From Candidatus Omnitrophota bacterium (lineage in GTDB: Bacteria > Omnitrophota > Gorgyraeia > Gygaellales > Profunditerraquicolaceae), in NCBI GenBank assembly GCA_043812955.1, contig JBDRLN010000018.1:13849-77848 (forward strand): 64,000 nucleotides of DNA, written 5' to 3'. The stretch's first letter is position 1. Below: more notes on the stretch, generated by a model. The model made no database searches. It saw only the letters and a list, made by a program, of their open reading frames with translations, and was not told the DNA's origin. The DNA is not shown here.

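Noticed and set aside
24958-64000. Giant ORF as an artefact of concatenated genes or a mis-assembly
   Set aside because: There is no in-frame stop over 39 kb, which is statistically impossible for non-coding or out-of-frame sequence at this GC. Module boundaries carry a conserved in-frame linker rather than stop/start/RBS signals. Internal repeats of up to 100 nt could still cause local assembly collapse, which should be checked with reads.

Overview
The window has two very different parts. Bases 1-24,900 are a compact, almost entirely minus-strand housekeeping block from a Gram-negative-type organism of moderate to low GC. Bases 24,958-64,000 are a single uninterrupted minus-strand ORF of at least 13,005 codons whose 5' end runs off the window.

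Genes I can support in the housekeeping block, in order:
- cdsA (partial) and uppS
- a GH57 glycoside hydrolase and a DUF4912-like neighbour
- a small coiled-coil membrane protein and an OmpA/Pal-like lipoprotein
- purA, a LeuA/NifV-family synthase, and a 5'-nucleotidase fused to a DsbA-like domain
- serA and a class-V aminotransferase
- clpP and a trigger factor that lacks its PPIase domain
- the LPS/Kdo set: lptB, an lptA-like gene, kdsC, kdsD, kdsA, kdsB, a heptose-7-phosphate kinase and msbA
- a plus-strand ComFB-CheR fusion
- two PilZ genes lying immediately downstream of the giant gene

Read by eye, the giant protein is a chain of enzyme-like modules. I recognise several class-I SAM methyltransferase folds (one CheR-like, one HemK-like), a Pol-beta nucleotidyltransferase and a complete Glu/Leu/Phe/Val dehydrogenase domain. 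There is also a B12-binding radical-SAM module, an alpha/beta hydrolase, an HD motif, an isochorismatase-like module and three HExxH metallopeptidase-like modules. Two modules are GNAT-like and recently duplicated, two are TPR-like paralogues, and there are multi-TM and GtrA-like membrane segments plus internal Tat-signal-like motifs.

About 50 module boundaries carry a short (S/A)SSP(A/V) linker. At the DNA level it is nearly invariant (plus-strand GCCGGCGAGCTGG and variants).

At least seven families of short palindromic or structured repeats are dispersed through the window. Several occur both in intergenic regions and in-frame inside the giant gene.

I saw no rRNA, tRNA, CRISPR array or transposase. 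All domain calls rest on motif recognition only and need HMM confirmation.
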